In this document: positions 11,277 through 22,003 of the stretch, one piece after another
Layout: each line of letters begins with the position of its first letter
Numbering within the stretch: position 1 is the first letter of the stretch
DNA from: Flavobacteriales bacterium
GTDB taxonomy: Bacteria > Bacteroidota > Bacteroidia > Flavobacteriales > JANQLC01
NCBI GenBank assembly: GCA_028280815.1
Contig: JANQLC010000007.1
Location: forward strand, 81,574-145,573
Length of the DNA stretch: 64,000 nt
Direction: 5' to 3'
Position numbers and translations under genes: made by a program
Notes under the pieces: generated by a model
What the model was told of the DNA's origin: nothing
The model's database searches: none
The model's input: the letters and a program-made list of their open reading frames with translations, nothing else

Positions 11277-14200
11277 TTACGCCGTTGCGCGCGCTTTTTT
11301 GCGAAACCGAATCTTTCCCCGCTGCAACAGGTAGAGCATGACCGGTACGATGACCAGCGTGAGGAATGTGGCAAAGGACAGTCCAAATATTACCGTCCAG
11401 GCCAAGGGGCCCCAGAAGACGACATTGTCCCCACCGATGTAAGTGTGTGGATTGTAATCGCTGAAGAGCGAGAAGAAGTCTATGTTTAAGCCCGTAGCCA
11501 GGGGGATCAAACCCAAGATGGCCGTAATCGCGGTGAGCAGTACTGGGCGTAAGCGCGATCGACCCCCCTCTACGATGGCTTCAAAGTAATCCCGCTTTTC
11601 CAATAGCGCTGATTCGTCGAGCCCGCGCTCTGCTTTTTTGCGGTCGATGAGCAGCTGGATATAGCCGACCAAGACGATGGCGTTGTTTACCACGACCCCC
11701 GCCAATGCGATGATTCCCATCATGGCCATGATGATGATAAAGTCCATGTGAAATATCACCAGTCCGAGGAGCACACCGATAAAGCTCATTAAGACGGCCG
11801 TCATGATGATAAGCGGTTTGGAAATCGAGTTGAATTGTGCGACCAAGATCAAGACAATGCCGCCTACGGCCATGAGTAGGGCTTTGATCAAGAAGTTTAA
11901 ATTTTTTGATTGTTCTTCCTGTTCGCCTGTAAATTTATAGCTCATGCCTTTGGGTAGGGGAAAACCCTTCAACTCACGCTTCAGCCGCGCTACGATTTCA
12001 TTGGCGTTGTAGCCTTGTAAAACGTTGGAATAAAGGGTGATGACGCGTTTTAAGTTTTTGCGCTTGATCGCGCTAAACGAAGAAGTGGACACTTTTTTAC
12101 ACACAGTTGATATGGGTACTTGCTTCAATTGGCCATCGGTGATATCCCGGTATGTCACCGGTTGGTTAAAAAGCGCATTTTCATCGTAGCGGTAGTCTTT
12201 GTCGAACCGCACGTTGATATCGTAATCGTCTTTTGGGTCTTTGTAGGTGGATATTTTTTCACCGTACAGGGATCGGCGCAGGGTTAAGCCGATGTTGCTC
12301 GTACTCAAGCCCAGCGCGCCGGCTTTTTTGCGATCTACCCGTATGCGAATGCCGGGCTTAGAACGGTTTACGTCTATTTTTAAGGCTTCGATACCGTCTA
12401 TCTTTTTATCGTTGATAAAGTCGCGAATTTTTTCCACTTCGTCGAGCATAACCGGATAGTCATCGCCTGAGATTTCCAGGTTGATCGGATAACCGATGGG
12501 GGGGCCTACCCAATCTTTTTCCACGCTCATAGAGACGCCTGGATAGCCTTGCACAGCCTTTCGGATCCTTGCTAGCAGTTCTCGGCTGCTCATCCCGCGT
12601 CGGTACTTGTATTCGCGCAACGAAAGGGTGATCTTGGCTTTGTTCGGCATTTCGGATTGATTTCCGCTATCCGTTTGCGGGTTGCCCGCGCCTTCGCCTA
12701 CTTGCGCCACCCCTGACTCCACCATATAGTTGTAGCCGTCTGGGTCTTCGTATTTTTTGATGATATCATAGATGCGCTTTTCAATCGTCTCGGTAAAAGC
12801 GTTGGTCTTTTCGATGTCTGTGCCTTCGGGAAATTCGATATACGCCATGATCTGGTTGGGCAGGGTATCTGGAAAGAAATCCACTTTGGGCTGGGCTATA
12901 CCCACTAAGAAGAAGGACAGCAAGAGCAGCAGTACGGTTCCGAAGAAAAAGTAATATGCGCGCTTGCCGCTGAGGGCAAAGCGCAAAAGTCGTTGATAAG
13001 CGTTTTCCAATCGAGCCAGGAACACATGCTGAAAGTACCGTTCCGCTCGGCTGAGGGCGTATTTGTAAATCCACATCAGCAGGGCAAAGAACAAGATCAG
13101 GTTTCCCAGACCCCTTAAGAAACCGATGTTTTGAGCCCATCCAACGAGTAAAAACGAGGCGCCTACCAGTGCTGAGATAAGGCTTATGCGCACGAGCGCT
13201 TTCTGGCGCATGGTTCTTTCTTTCAATTGCATGAGGTGACTCGTGAGCGTGGCATTGATGACCAAGGCGACGAAGAGCGATGAAAAGAGCACGATGGAGA
13301 GGCTCGTGGGGAAGTAAATCATGAACTTTCCCAAGGTACCCGGCCAAAGTCCCAGTGGAAAGAAGGCTGCCAAGGTGGTCGCCGTAGAGGCGATAACAGG
13401 CCAGGCGAGTTCACCTATGCCCTGGATGGCGGCTTCTTTGCATGACAGGCCCTTTTCATTCATCAGGCTGTGAACGTGTTCAACCACCACGATACCGTTA
13501 TCGACCAACATGCCCAATCCCATCACCAGCCCAAATAACACTATGGTGTTGAGTGTAATGCCCATGCTGTGCAAGATCAGATAGGACATCAGCATGGAGA
13601 TTGGAATGGCAATGCCGACGAAGATGGCATTGCGCAGGCTGAGGAAAAACATCAGCACGCTTACCACGAGAATCACACCCAAAATGATGTTGTTGACCAG
13701 ATCGGCTACTTGGTCTTTAGTCATTTGGGATAGGTCGTTGGTTATGCTGATGTGCAGCGTTTTGGGTAGGTATGTTCGCTGTGCGTCTGCCACGATTGTG
13801 CGAATGCCATTTGTCGCTTCAATCGTGTTTTTGCCGGAGCGCTTTTTCACGTCTAGCATCACGACGGGTTTTCCAAATGCGCGTGCATAGGAGGTGGCGT
13901 CTTTTCCCACAAATGAAATCCGGGCGATATCCCCGAGGTAAACGACTCCGCCTTGCCTTTTGACCACGATGCTTTCCAGTTGTTTTGGGTCGGATATCTC
14001 ACCGACGATTCGGATGTTTTTGCGGATGTCGTTTGCGATGAAATCCCCACCGGAAATGGTTCTGTTTTCCAGCCGGATGCTGTTGACAATGTCGTCAAAA
14101 CTCACTTTGGCAGCCGCCATCTCGTAGGGGTCTACAGCGATTTTGACCTCTTTATCCGGTGCGCCTCGTATGGCTACCTCTTTGATTTCAGGCAGGCGTT

Positions 14201-14738
14201 CGATTTCGTCTTTCAGCTGTTCGCCGTATCCCTTGAGCTGTTGAATGCTGAAATTCCCCTCCAGGTTGATGTTGAGGATGGGGATTTCTTCCGAAATGTT
14301 GAGGTCGAATACCCTGGGTTCCACCTTTCCACCGTTATCCATCACCGGCCATTCGGCTTTGGCTTTGGCCAGGTCAACCTTGTCCTTTACCTTGGCCTTG
14401 GCTTCTTCCACAGCTATGCCTTCATCGAATTCGACGATGATGATGGAGTAGTCCTGCAAGGTGGTAGAGGTGATTTTGTTTACCCCGTTGATTTGTTTGA
14501 ACTCTTTTTCAAGTGGCTCTGTGATAAACTTTTCCACATCTTCGGCTGCATTCCCAGGGTTTGCGGTACTCACGTAAATCTTCGTCTCGATGATTTCGGG
14601 AAAAGCTTCGCGCGGCATGGCGTAATAAGAGAACAGACCACCCAGCAAAATAATCGCGATAATCACGTAAACTGTCACGCGGTTGTTAATCGCCCAGGTG
14701 GAGATGGGAAACCGTTTATCTGTTTTTTTATCGCTCAT
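11277..14738 (-). CDS. efflux RND transporter permease subunit (AcrB/HAE1 type)
   Basis: About 1150 aa with the two-fold TM / large-loop architecture of RND pumps, in an operon with the adaptor and TolC-like genes. The start is set at ATG 14738 (MSDKKTDKRF...); the ORF-track M at 14777 would overlap the adaptor gene by 50 nt. Confidence 0.92.
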   Translation of the reverse strand: MSDKKTDKRFPISTWAINNRVTVYVIIAIILLGGLFSYYAMPREAFPEIIETKIYVSTANPGNAAEDVEKFITEPLEKEFKQINGVNKITSTTLQDYSIIIVEFDEGIAVEEAKAKVKDKVDLAKAKAEWPVMDNGGKVEPRVFDLNISEEIPILNINLEGNFSIQQLKGYGEQLKDEIERLPEIKEVAIRGAPDKEVKIAVDPYEMAAAKVSFDDIVNSIRLENRTISGGDFIANDIRKNIRIVGEISDPKQLESIVVKRQGGVVYLGDIARISFVGKDATSYARAFGKPVVMLDVKKRSGKNTIEATNGIRTIVADAQRTYLPKTLHISITNDLSQMTKDQVADLVNNIILGVILVVSVLMFFLSLRNAIFVGIAIPISMLMSYLILHSMGITLNTIVLFGLVMGLGMLVDNGIVVVEHVHSLMNEKGLSCKEAAIQGIGELAWPVIASTATTLAAFFPLGLWPGTLGKFMIYFPTSLSIVLFSSLFVALVINATLTSHLMQLKERTMRQKALVRISLISALVGASFLLVGWAQNIGFLRGLGNLILFFALLMWIYKYALSRAERYFQHVFLARLENAYQRLLRFALSGKRAYYFFFGTVLLLLLSFFLVGIAQPKVDFFPDTLPNQIMAYIEFPEGTDIEKTNAFTETIEKRIYDIIKKYEDPDGYNYMVESGVAQVGEGAGNPQTDSGNQSEMPNKAKITLSLREYKYRRGMSSRELLARIRKAVQGYPGVSMSVEKDWVGPPIGYPINLEISGDDYPVMLDEVEKIRDFINDKKIDGIEALKIDVNRSKPGIRIRVDRKKAGALGLSTSNIGLTLRRSLYGEKISTYKDPKDDYDINVRFDKDYRYDENALFNQPVTYRDITDGQLKQVPISTVCKKVSTSSFSAIKRKNLKRVITLYSNVLQGYNANEIVARLKRELKGFPLPKGMSYKFTGEQEEQSKNLNFLIKALLMAVGGIVLILVAQFNSISKPLIIMTAVLMSFIGVLLGLVIFHMDFIIIMAMMGIIALAGVVVNNAIVLVGYIQLLIDRKKAERGLDESALLEKRDYFEAIVEGGRSRLRPVLLTAITAILGLIPLATGLNIDFFSLFSDYNPHTYIGGDNVVFWGPLAWTVIFGLSFATFLTLVIVPVMLYLLQRGKIRFRKKARATA

Positions 14739-15906
14739 GGCCTTTTGCATTCTCAATCGATACCTCGTCTCCGTCACTTACGTCGGCCGCCCCTGCTGCT
14801 ATCAGGATTTCACCCGGTGATAGCCCACTGCGCACCTCGGTTAGGGAACCCGTGGTCAGTCCGGTGGTGATAATCCTTTGCTCGGCTCGACCCACATTTC
14901 CCTCACGCTTTGTAATGGTGTAAACTATTTCTTGCCCTTTTGCATTTTTGCGGATGACGTTTTGTGGAATCACCAGTGCTTCGGGGTTTTTGTAATCGGT
15001 GATCTCCAATTTGGCGATGAGGTTGGGTTTTACGAGACCGTCTCGGTTTGGGATGTCCACCTGAATGCTAAAAGAGCGGTTGTTGGGGTTGACGAAGTTG
15101 CTCACCTGACGGATTGTACCGTCATAGGTTTTTCCAATGCTCGGTAAATGCACGTTGACGCGATCGCCTAGGGTGATATTTTCTATGTAATTTTCAGGGA
15201 TTTCCGCTTGTACGTACATGTTTTTCAAATTTACGATACGCATGATTCTCGAACCTGGGGCCACTACTTCTCCACGATTGGACAACACTTGTTCAATCGT
15301 ACCGTTGAAAGGGGCGTGGATCTGCGTTTTTGCCAGTTGGGCTTGCAGCTGCTGAACGCTTTGTCGGGCGGTTTCCGCTTGGGTTTTGGCTTGCAAGTAT
15401 TGCATTTCGGAACCTATTTCTTGATCCCACAGCCGCTTTTGTCGCTCGAAAGTGGTCTCTGCCAACCGCGCTTGCGCCTGGGTTTGTAAAAGCCTTTGAG
15501 CCAGGCCGCCGTCGCCAATGCACGCCAAGAGTTCCCCCTTTTTTACCGTGTCGCCCTCTCTCACATACACCCGATTTAAGATGCCGCTGTATTCTGAAAA
15601 GAGGATCAAGTTCTGCTTGGTTTCTACGTTCCCCTGAATGGCTGTAAAATGCTCGAAAGCGGTATCTCTTACCCGGACGGTGGTAACCGGGATTTGGATC
15701 GACTTGGGATTCAATCGAGATAGGGCCTGATCCAATTGCTCAAGCTCGAGCTCTAGTGCGTCGTATTGTTTTAATATGGAATTCTTTTTTGCCTTGATCA
15801 AGTCGACTTTACCCGTGGCGATAACCGATTGGGTGGTCTTATCGGCTGTTTCTTTCCCACAGGAAAAAGCCAGTAGGATGGGCAGCAGGTAGCATAACTC
15901 TTTCAT
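14728..15906 (-). CDS. efflux RND transporter periplasmic adaptor subunit (HlyD/MFP family lipoprotein)
   Basis: Lipobox LLAFSCG, a coiled-coil hairpin (LQAQLAKTQ) and beta-barrel domains, between the TolC-like and RND genes. Confidence 0.9.
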   Translation of the reverse strand: MKELCYLLPILLAFSCGKETADKTTQSVIATGKVDLIKAKKNSILKQYDALELELEQLDQALSRLNPKSIQIPVTTVRVRDTAFEHFTAIQGNVETKQNLILFSEYSGILNRVYVREGDTVKKGELLACIGDGGLAQRLLQTQAQARLAETTFERQKRLWDQEIGSEMQYLQAKTQAETARQSVQQLQAQLAKTQIHAPFNGTIEQVLSNRGEVVAPGSRIMRIVNLKNMYVQAEIPENYIENITLGDRVNVHLPSIGKTYDGTIRQVSNFVNPNNRSFSIQVDIPNRDGLVKPNLIAKLEITDYKNPEALVIPQNVIRKNAKGQEIVYTITKREGNVGRAEQRIITTGLTTGSLTEVRSGLSPGEILIAAGAADVSDGDEVSIENAKGHER

Positions 15907-15910
15907 GGTC

Positions 15911-17272
15911 TCATGGTTTAATGGGTACGTCTAATGCGCTTCCTAGTTTGGCCCTCGCATTGATCACCTCCAATAGGGATTGTAAATATTTTCGCTGGGC
16001 TTGATACAATTGTCGTTGGGCGCTGTTTAGCTCTTGACTGGTACTGATGCCTTCAAAGAACTTGGTTCGTTCTTTTTTCTCTACGTGCTCGGCTAGGCTC
16101 AGATTTTGCTTCGTGGTCTGATACTGATCTAAGGCAAATCGGTAATTGCTCTTGGCGCTTTGCAGGTTTAATAATATGTGCTGTTCGGTTTGTGCCAAAT
16201 GGTTTTCGGCGATTTTCAGATCGACTTTAGCCGCTTGAATGCGGGCCTTTCTCCCCAAACTGCTAAAGATCGGTATGTGTAAATCCACGCCGAGCAGTGC
16301 CGACCCAAACCACTTCTGCCTGTTTTCGAAAAATGAGAATGAATCGGAATAAGCGTTTTGACCATAACTCAAAAAGGCGGACAGGCTCGGTAGCGATTGG
16401 CTCTTCTCGTGCTTCAGCTGTAGCGTCCGGGCTGCTTTGTCGTTTTCAGCGATGCGGTGGTCGATGTGGCGCGATATCGAGAAGGGTTCTTGTAATATGT
16501 TGTCATTCATGGATTCAGCGGCCAGTTGCTCCATTTTTTGGCTGAGGTGAACGGGCGACTCGATATCGCGCCCCAAGGTCATATTGAAGCGTTCATAAGC
16601 GATTTTTTCCTGGCGCCTGGCGCTGCGCAGCTGGTTTTCCATGCTGTGTAGATTGATCGCCAGCTGTTCGGCATTTTCAATTTCCATCAAGCCGTTTTTT
16701 ACGGCGGCATCGGCTTCGCGGAAACTCTGCTGCAAGACGCTTAGGTTCTCTTTGAGGATTTGAATCATCTCTTCGGCCAGCAGCGCATTTCCGTACGCAT
16801 TGACCACCGATTCGCGAATGCGCTGCTCGGTTTTTTCCCTTGTATTTTTTGAGATGAGCAAATAGGTTTTGGCCGATTGTAAGCCGATTAGATAGGAACT
16901 GTTGAATAAGAGTTGGGAAAGCGTTGCCGAGGCGCTCAGGTTTTGTGCTGTGGTAAAGGGCAACATCTCGTAATCCCCTTTTTTGCCACCAGGAAAAAAT
17001 TCTGCCGGTGTGGGTTGTAGGGGTTTTTTTAAAAAATTTTTATAGTCGAGCTCTGCACCGATTTGTGGCAGTCCGATACTCGTGGACTCCCATTTTTTTT
17101 TCCTTGCCTTTTGAATTTCACATGTCGCATCTCGGATGGCATAACTGTGCGCTAAGGCGTATTGTAAAGCCGCTTTCAGGCTGAAGCTCACTGGGATGGT
17201 ATCACCGCGATGTTGTGCGAAGAGAAGACCATGGGTAATGAGACAAAAACAAATGAATAACTGTTTTTTCAT
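15911..17272 (-). CDS. TolC-family outer membrane efflux protein
   Basis: A signal peptide and two OEP-type repeats. It is the first gene of the efflux operon. Confidence 0.88.
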   Translation of the reverse strand: MKKQLFICFCLITHGLLFAQHRGDTIPVSFSLKAALQYALAHSYAIRDATCEIQKARKKKWESTSIGLPQIGAELDYKNFLKKPLQPTPAEFFPGGKKGDYEMLPFTTAQNLSASATLSQLLFNSSYLIGLQSAKTYLLISKNTREKTEQRIRESVVNAYGNALLAEEMIQILKENLSVLQQSFREADAAVKNGLMEIENAEQLAINLHSMENQLRSARRQEKIAYERFNMTLGRDIESPVHLSQKMEQLAAESMNDNILQEPFSISRHIDHRIAENDKAARTLQLKHEKSQSLPSLSAFLSYGQNAYSDSFSFFENRQKWFGSALLGVDLHIPIFSSLGRKARIQAAKVDLKIAENHLAQTEQHILLNLQSAKSNYRFALDQYQTTKQNLSLAEHVEKKERTKFFEGISTSQELNSAQRQLYQAQRKYLQSLLEVINARAKLGSALDVPIKP

Positions 17273-17843
17273 CTATGGTGATTTGATTTTTAAAGCGCGG
17301 GTTTGGTATTTGCCTTTGACCGTGGTGAATGCTGTGCAGCTGGTGTGCCAAGGGTCCGCTCACCCGTCCCCAGTAAATTTTGCGATACATGCGGCAGGTG
17401 GTAGACCGCCTTTGTAGCGATGCGGTAGGTGAATGAGGTGGTGCTCAAAATTTTTTCTTCCATGGGCTTTGCTCAGGTGCAAATGTATGTATAACTCATA
17501 TATCAAGCGTACGGGGAAAAGAAGGCCTTTGGTTTTTGCACTGTTAGTAATCACGATGTTCGCATGGTTTGCCCGATAAATACATCCGGGTTTATCGCGT
17601 AACGAATTTTACGACTCTCTGCTATCCTCGCATAGGGGTTTTCGCCAAAGCGCTTGTTTCACCGTTCTTATTCCATTACTCGGCTTCTTCAGCGATATAC
17701 CTCGCCATCATACCTTTTCGGTTCTTCTTAACGGATTTTTTAAATTTTGGACGTCTTACCTTTCCAAAATCAGGCGATTCCTCTTTCAACCCTTACGTTA
17801 AAAAAACATTAACTACATCTGCCAGACCCTTAAAATCGAAAAT

Positions 17844-17978
17844 ATGAGAAAGACGTTGTTTTTTCTGATCGCAGTCGTTCTCAGCCTTACCACCGGTTGC
17901 AATGAAGATCGAGGAATCGTATCTCAATCGGATACCGGGATAAAACCGGCCGGCTCAATCCCGGAAGCGATAAAATAG
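17844..17978 (+). CDS. small putative lipoprotein (44 aa), possibly the 5' remnant of a disrupted longer gene
   Basis: MRKTLFFLIAVVLSLTTGC has a signal peptide plus lipobox. The TAG at 17976-17978 is in frame with ORF 17982-18185. Too short for the ORF track. Confidence 0.3.
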   Translation: MRKTLFFLIAVVLSLTTGCNEDRGIVSQSDTGIKPAGSIPEAIK

Positions 17979-18334
17979 CCGATGCCATCACCTATCATCA
18001 ATACCATTTTTAGGGGCGATAGCCCAAATACCGAAGAGGCCGGGCAGTCAAGCGGTCTGGAAGGGAGGAAAATCTCCAAAGGGGATAGAGCCGATATCAT
18101 CGATATAAAGGATCGTAAAAAAGAGCACATCTTAAAATGGGTCTGCTTTAAACCCCGTGGTTACGCCTTGATCAGCGCGCTTTGAAAGGCATCCCGAATC
18201 CGGCGGTCTCGTTCTATTCGGAAGGAAAGTTCGATCGAAACCATCCCAACTCCGGGATGGAATATTTTTTATTGTTCAACCCTTCATTGTTTTTTACAAT
18301 ACATTTTAAGTCTGATGCGTATTCGTTTCTCGTT

Positions 18335-20850
18335 TGGTCGCTTGAAAAGGAGAACTCGTTTTGGCGCTCGCCTGTAGGTCAGTAAAAAGCATTTTTTATC
18401 GTCTGACGGTTTAAAGAAGCGGACTTGTCCTTTTGTTTCTGCACTGTGTTTCAGTTGCAAAATGCCGACTGCGGCCTATAATTTGCACGGGCCTGAATCG
18501 CCGGCTCTTATTTTTTTGCTCTTATCCCTGTGGTCAGCTGCGCTGGCCCCGCTACGCAGGTTTGGTAAGAGATGGGCATCTAAGGGGTCAACCCCTTGAT
18601 TCTTTATTGTATGTTCTTCTCAATTGGGTAGGGCCTGAAAGGCTGGTGTTGTTTTCTCGTCTTTGTCCTTTTGTGCGCGTTTGGAGGCTTGGGTCTTGTT
18701 TTCTCGCTGCTGTTTGGCCTTTATAAAACGGCTTGTTTTGCGTTGGGGAGTTCCCGCGTTTTTTGCTTTGTTTCGCCGGTGTTTTGACGAACTGTTTTGT
18801 CGGTTGCCTTGCCGGGTTATTGGGTTGTTGTGTTGCGGTGGGCTGACTGGTTTGAGCTGGCTTGGATTGAGCAGCTGGGTTTGGTTTAGATTGGTTTACA
18901 CAAGGTGTTTAAAAGGCGTTTTTGACAGGGGAAATGAAGGCGGCTCGGTGGTGGCTATGGGTGGGTTGATTTGTTCAGTGGGCAGTGTATGGGTCTATCG
19001 GTTGAATTGGGTGGCTTGGATTGGGTTGTTGGGTTTTGTTGTCGATTGTGTTTGTGGGGCTGGCGAATTGTTAGCTCGGTTGGTTGCCTGACTTTGGTTT
19101 GATTGCTCAGGTGCTGGTTTGTCTTCTTGGTTTTTCTTTTGTGTTGGCTTGATTTCCACCCTTTGGTTTTGTTCTCTTGGGCTTGTTTAAGGGTTTGGGG
19201 CTGTTCTTCCGTTTCTGTTTGTCAGTTTAAAAGGGTTTTTGTCCTCAACCTCTTGAAAAGGGAGGCTTGCCTTTTTGGCTTTGTCGTTTGGGGCGTTTGG
19301 TTGGTTGAATTGGGGTGCGGTGTCGTTGTATTGGCTCGGTTGGGTTGGCACAAAGTGTTTGAAAGGTGTTTTTGCCATTGGGAAAAGGCGGGCCCGTCGG
19401 CGGCTTCGGGTCGGGACTTTTTTATGCTAAGCGGTTTTGAGTCAGCGGCGCTTTCGTATTGATAAAGGTTTGCATTTCACTGGCTTGCTGGGTTTGGGTT
19501 GGTTGAGTTGGGTTAGTCGAATTGCTCTATTGGTTTAGTGGGTTGGTCGGGTGGTGGTTGGTTGACTGGCTTGACTTGGTTGGCTTGGGTTGAGTGGGTT
19601 TGTCGGGTTGGATTGTTTGAGTTGATTGACTCGTTGGGCGTAGTGGGTGCGGTTCGATTGGATTACGTCGGTGCGGTTGGCTTGGATGGGTTACAGTGGA
19701 CTGCGCTCGGTTGGTTTGTTGTGGTTCGTTTGGGTTTGTTTCGGCGTGTTGCGTCGATGTGTTCGTTGGGGTTGGGTGATGGTCTTGTGATGCGGCGGTT
19801 GGATTGGGTTGTGATGCAGGGCGTTGCGTTTGTTTCGTTTGTTTTTTTACCATCCTTGAAAGAAATAAACTACTGCTGTTTTGTATGCTTGTGCTGAGTT
19901 GCTTAGCCCCTACTGGGTTGTTGCGTTGCGGTGGATTGGCTGGCTTGGATTGTCGTAGTGGGTCGGTTTGGGCTAGCCGGCTTGGATGCGCTGATCGATT
20001 GCTTCAGTAGCTTGGTATGGCTGGTTTGTCAGTGTGATTCATCGGGTTGGACTGGGTTGATTTGGATTGGCTCGGTGGATTGGTTTAGTGGATTGGGTTG
20101 CTTCGCACGGGTTGGATGGGTTGTGGTGGTGTCTTTGTGTTGATCGATTGTATTCTTCCTCTTCGATTCCTTTGGTATGGGTTTTTTCTGTGGTCGATAT
20201 AGGTGGATTTTAGACTTCTCGTTTTTTGTCCCTTCTCCTGCAGTTGGTTTTTTTGCGTTTGGCTTTCCGCTGATTGGCTTGGGTGGTTTTGGGCTGGATG
20301 GGCTTGTTTGATGCGTTGTTGCGTTGCTGCATGGCGGTGAGTCGTCGCATTGATTGTGTCGGATTGTTTGATAGGCTTTGAAAGAAGTATGACCCTTGCT
20401 GTTTCGGGTGCTTGGTCTCTCTTGGTTTTGTCGGGTGGGCTGGATTGGCTCGTCGGGCGTAGGGGGGTCGTTTGGATTGGGTTAGGTGTGTGCGATTGGG
20501 TTGGATGGTTTGCGGTTGGTCGGCTCGTTTTCTCGGTTTGGCTCTTTTGTGGTGGCTTGAAGCAGGCGGTTTGTTTTCTCCCTTTTGTGCGCGTTTGAAA
20601 ATTCGCAGCCCTTTCCCCTTTGGCCATTTAAAGAGCGGGGATTATTTTTTGCAAAGGCGTATTGTCTTTCTGGTTTTTCCCTTTTGCGGGCCAAAGCGGG
20701 TGTTCTCGTCTTTGATCGCTGGATTGGGCTTTTCGTCTGAGATGTGTTCTCAGTGCGCTTGGGGTCGAAGGCCTGTCGCCCAATCGGTCTGTTGGAGCTT
20801 TTCGGCTGTCTTTGAAAACATCGGTGTAGCGGTCGAAGTGAGGCTCCAAT
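18335..20850 (+). repeat. G+T-rich non-coding composite repeat block, locus 2 (largest)
   Basis: 2.5 kb without a credible gene. The two lines I counted (19561-19620 and 19741-19800) are 83% and 82% G+T. Contains GGNTTGG simple repeats, GTTTGAAAAG-type units and the conserved box GTGTTT(G/A)AAAGG(C/T)GTTTTTG at 18903 and 19354. Confidence 0.75.
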
Positions 20851-20852
20851 GG

Positions 20853-21941
20853 CTATTTTGTCCCGCCCTGTAGCATCAGGTAAGCCTTGAGAAAGGGGTC
20901 GAGCTCACCGTTCATCACCGCCTCTACCTCAGGGGTTTCTACACCCGTTCGCACATCTTTGACGAGTTTGTAGGGGTGCATGACGTAATTTCGGATCTGG
21001 GAACCCCACTCTATTTTTTTCTTGCTGGACTCGATTTCACTCTGTTTGGCGCGTTTCTTTTCCAATTCGATTTCGTATAGGCGAGAGCGCAGCAATTGCA
21101 TGGCTTTTGCTTTGTTTTCCAATTGCGAGCGCGTTTCGGAATTCTCTATGACGATGCCGGTAGGCCGGTGCTTCAGGCGTACGGCTGTTTCGATTTTATT
21201 GACCGCTTGCCCGCCGGCGCCGCTCGAACGCATGGTTTCCCATTCGACATCGGAGGCGGGAATTTCGATTTCAATCGCATCGTCCACCAAGGGGTAAACA
21301 TATACGGAGGCAAAAGAGGTGTGCCGCTTGGCATTGGCGTCAAAAGGGGAGATACGCACCAGGCGGTGTACACCATTTTCGCCCTTCAGATAGCCAAATG
21401 CATAAGCGCCGGAAAATTCTAAGGTAACGGTTTTTACGCCGGCTACCTCGCCGGCTTGGTAGTTGAGTTCTCTGGTTCTATAGCCGTGCTTTTCGGCGTA
21501 CATCGCGTACATGCGCATGAGCATGGAAGCCCAATCGCAGCTCTCCGTTCCGCCGGCTCCAGCGGTTATTTGAAGCACGGCATCCATCGCATCTGCTTCA
21601 TCTGAAAGCATATTTTTGAACTCCAAGCGCTCCAAGCCTTTTATCGTCTTTTGATACTGTACTTCCACTTCGGCCTCCGCCGCTTCTCCTGCCTTTAAAA
21701 AATCGAAGAGCAGCTCCAAATCCACAAAGTCTGCGACCCGACTCTCGTAATCTGTGATCCAGTTCTTCTCGAGTTTCATCTCCTTCATCACCCTTTGGGC
21801 TGCCTTCGGGTCATCCCAAAAACCGGGCCTGGCCGCGAGCTGTTCCGATTCCGCAACCGCCGCTTTTTTCTCCTCGATTTTGAGGTGTCGCTTCAGCTCG
21901 GTAATGCGTTGACCCACTGCGCTTAACTGTTCTGCCGTCAT
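20853..21941 (-). CDS. prfB: peptide chain release factor 2
   Basis: Contains the SPF motif (RISPFDA) and the GGQ motif ([10 protein letters not shown]). The start is set at ATG 21941 ([20 protein letters not shown]), giving 363 codons including the stop. The frame is continuous, with no programmed +1 frameshift site. Confidence 0.93.
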   Translation of the reverse strand: MTAEQLSAVGQRITELKRHLKIEEKKAAVAESEQLAARPGFWDDPKAAQRVMKEMKLEKNWITDYESRVADFVDLELLFDFLKAGEAAEAEVEVQYQKTIKGLERLEFKNMLSDEADAMDAVLQITAGAGGTESCDWASMLMRMYAMYAEKHGYRTRELNYQAGEVAGVKTVTLEFSGAYAFGYLKGENGVHRLVRISPFDANAKRHTSFASVYVYPLVDDAIEIEIPASDVEWETMRSSGAGGQAVNKIETAVRLKHRPTGIVIENSETRSQLENKAKAMQLLRSRLYEIELEKKRAKQSEIESSKKKIEWGSQIRNYVMHPYKLVKDVRTGVETPEVEAVMNGELDPFLKAYLMLQGGTK

Positions 21942-22003
21942 GATTTCGTGCGGTTCAGCTTGTAAATATACGGTGTATTTCAAATGGGTTGGGGATACAC
22001 TGT

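Noticed and set aside
12781-14870. Antisense or alternative-frame ORFs within the RND pump gene (12781-13347 -, 13594-13890 +, 13953-14870 +, 14245-14451 +).
   Set aside because: They are shadow ORFs of a long, well-supported gene.
17569-17847. 92-aa ORF upstream of the small lipoprotein ORF.
   Set aside because: It has no start context, a hydrophobic low-information translation, and lies in the promoter region of the divergent efflux operon.
17976-17978. Alternative genetic code or TAG read-through as an explanation for the in-frame stop.
   Set aside because: TAG terminates clearly complete genes in this window (the lolD-like gene at 42396-42398 and the esterase at 44814-44816), and TGA and TAA terminate the others. 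Standard code 11 fits everywhere else.
18433-20873. ORFs inside repeat locus 2 (18433-18726, 18663-19091, 19103-19462, 19527-19853 -, 19538-19897, 20085-20627 -, 20472-20873 and others).
   Set aside because: These are the same compositional artefact. They overlap each other in several frames and have no start context or recognisable domains.
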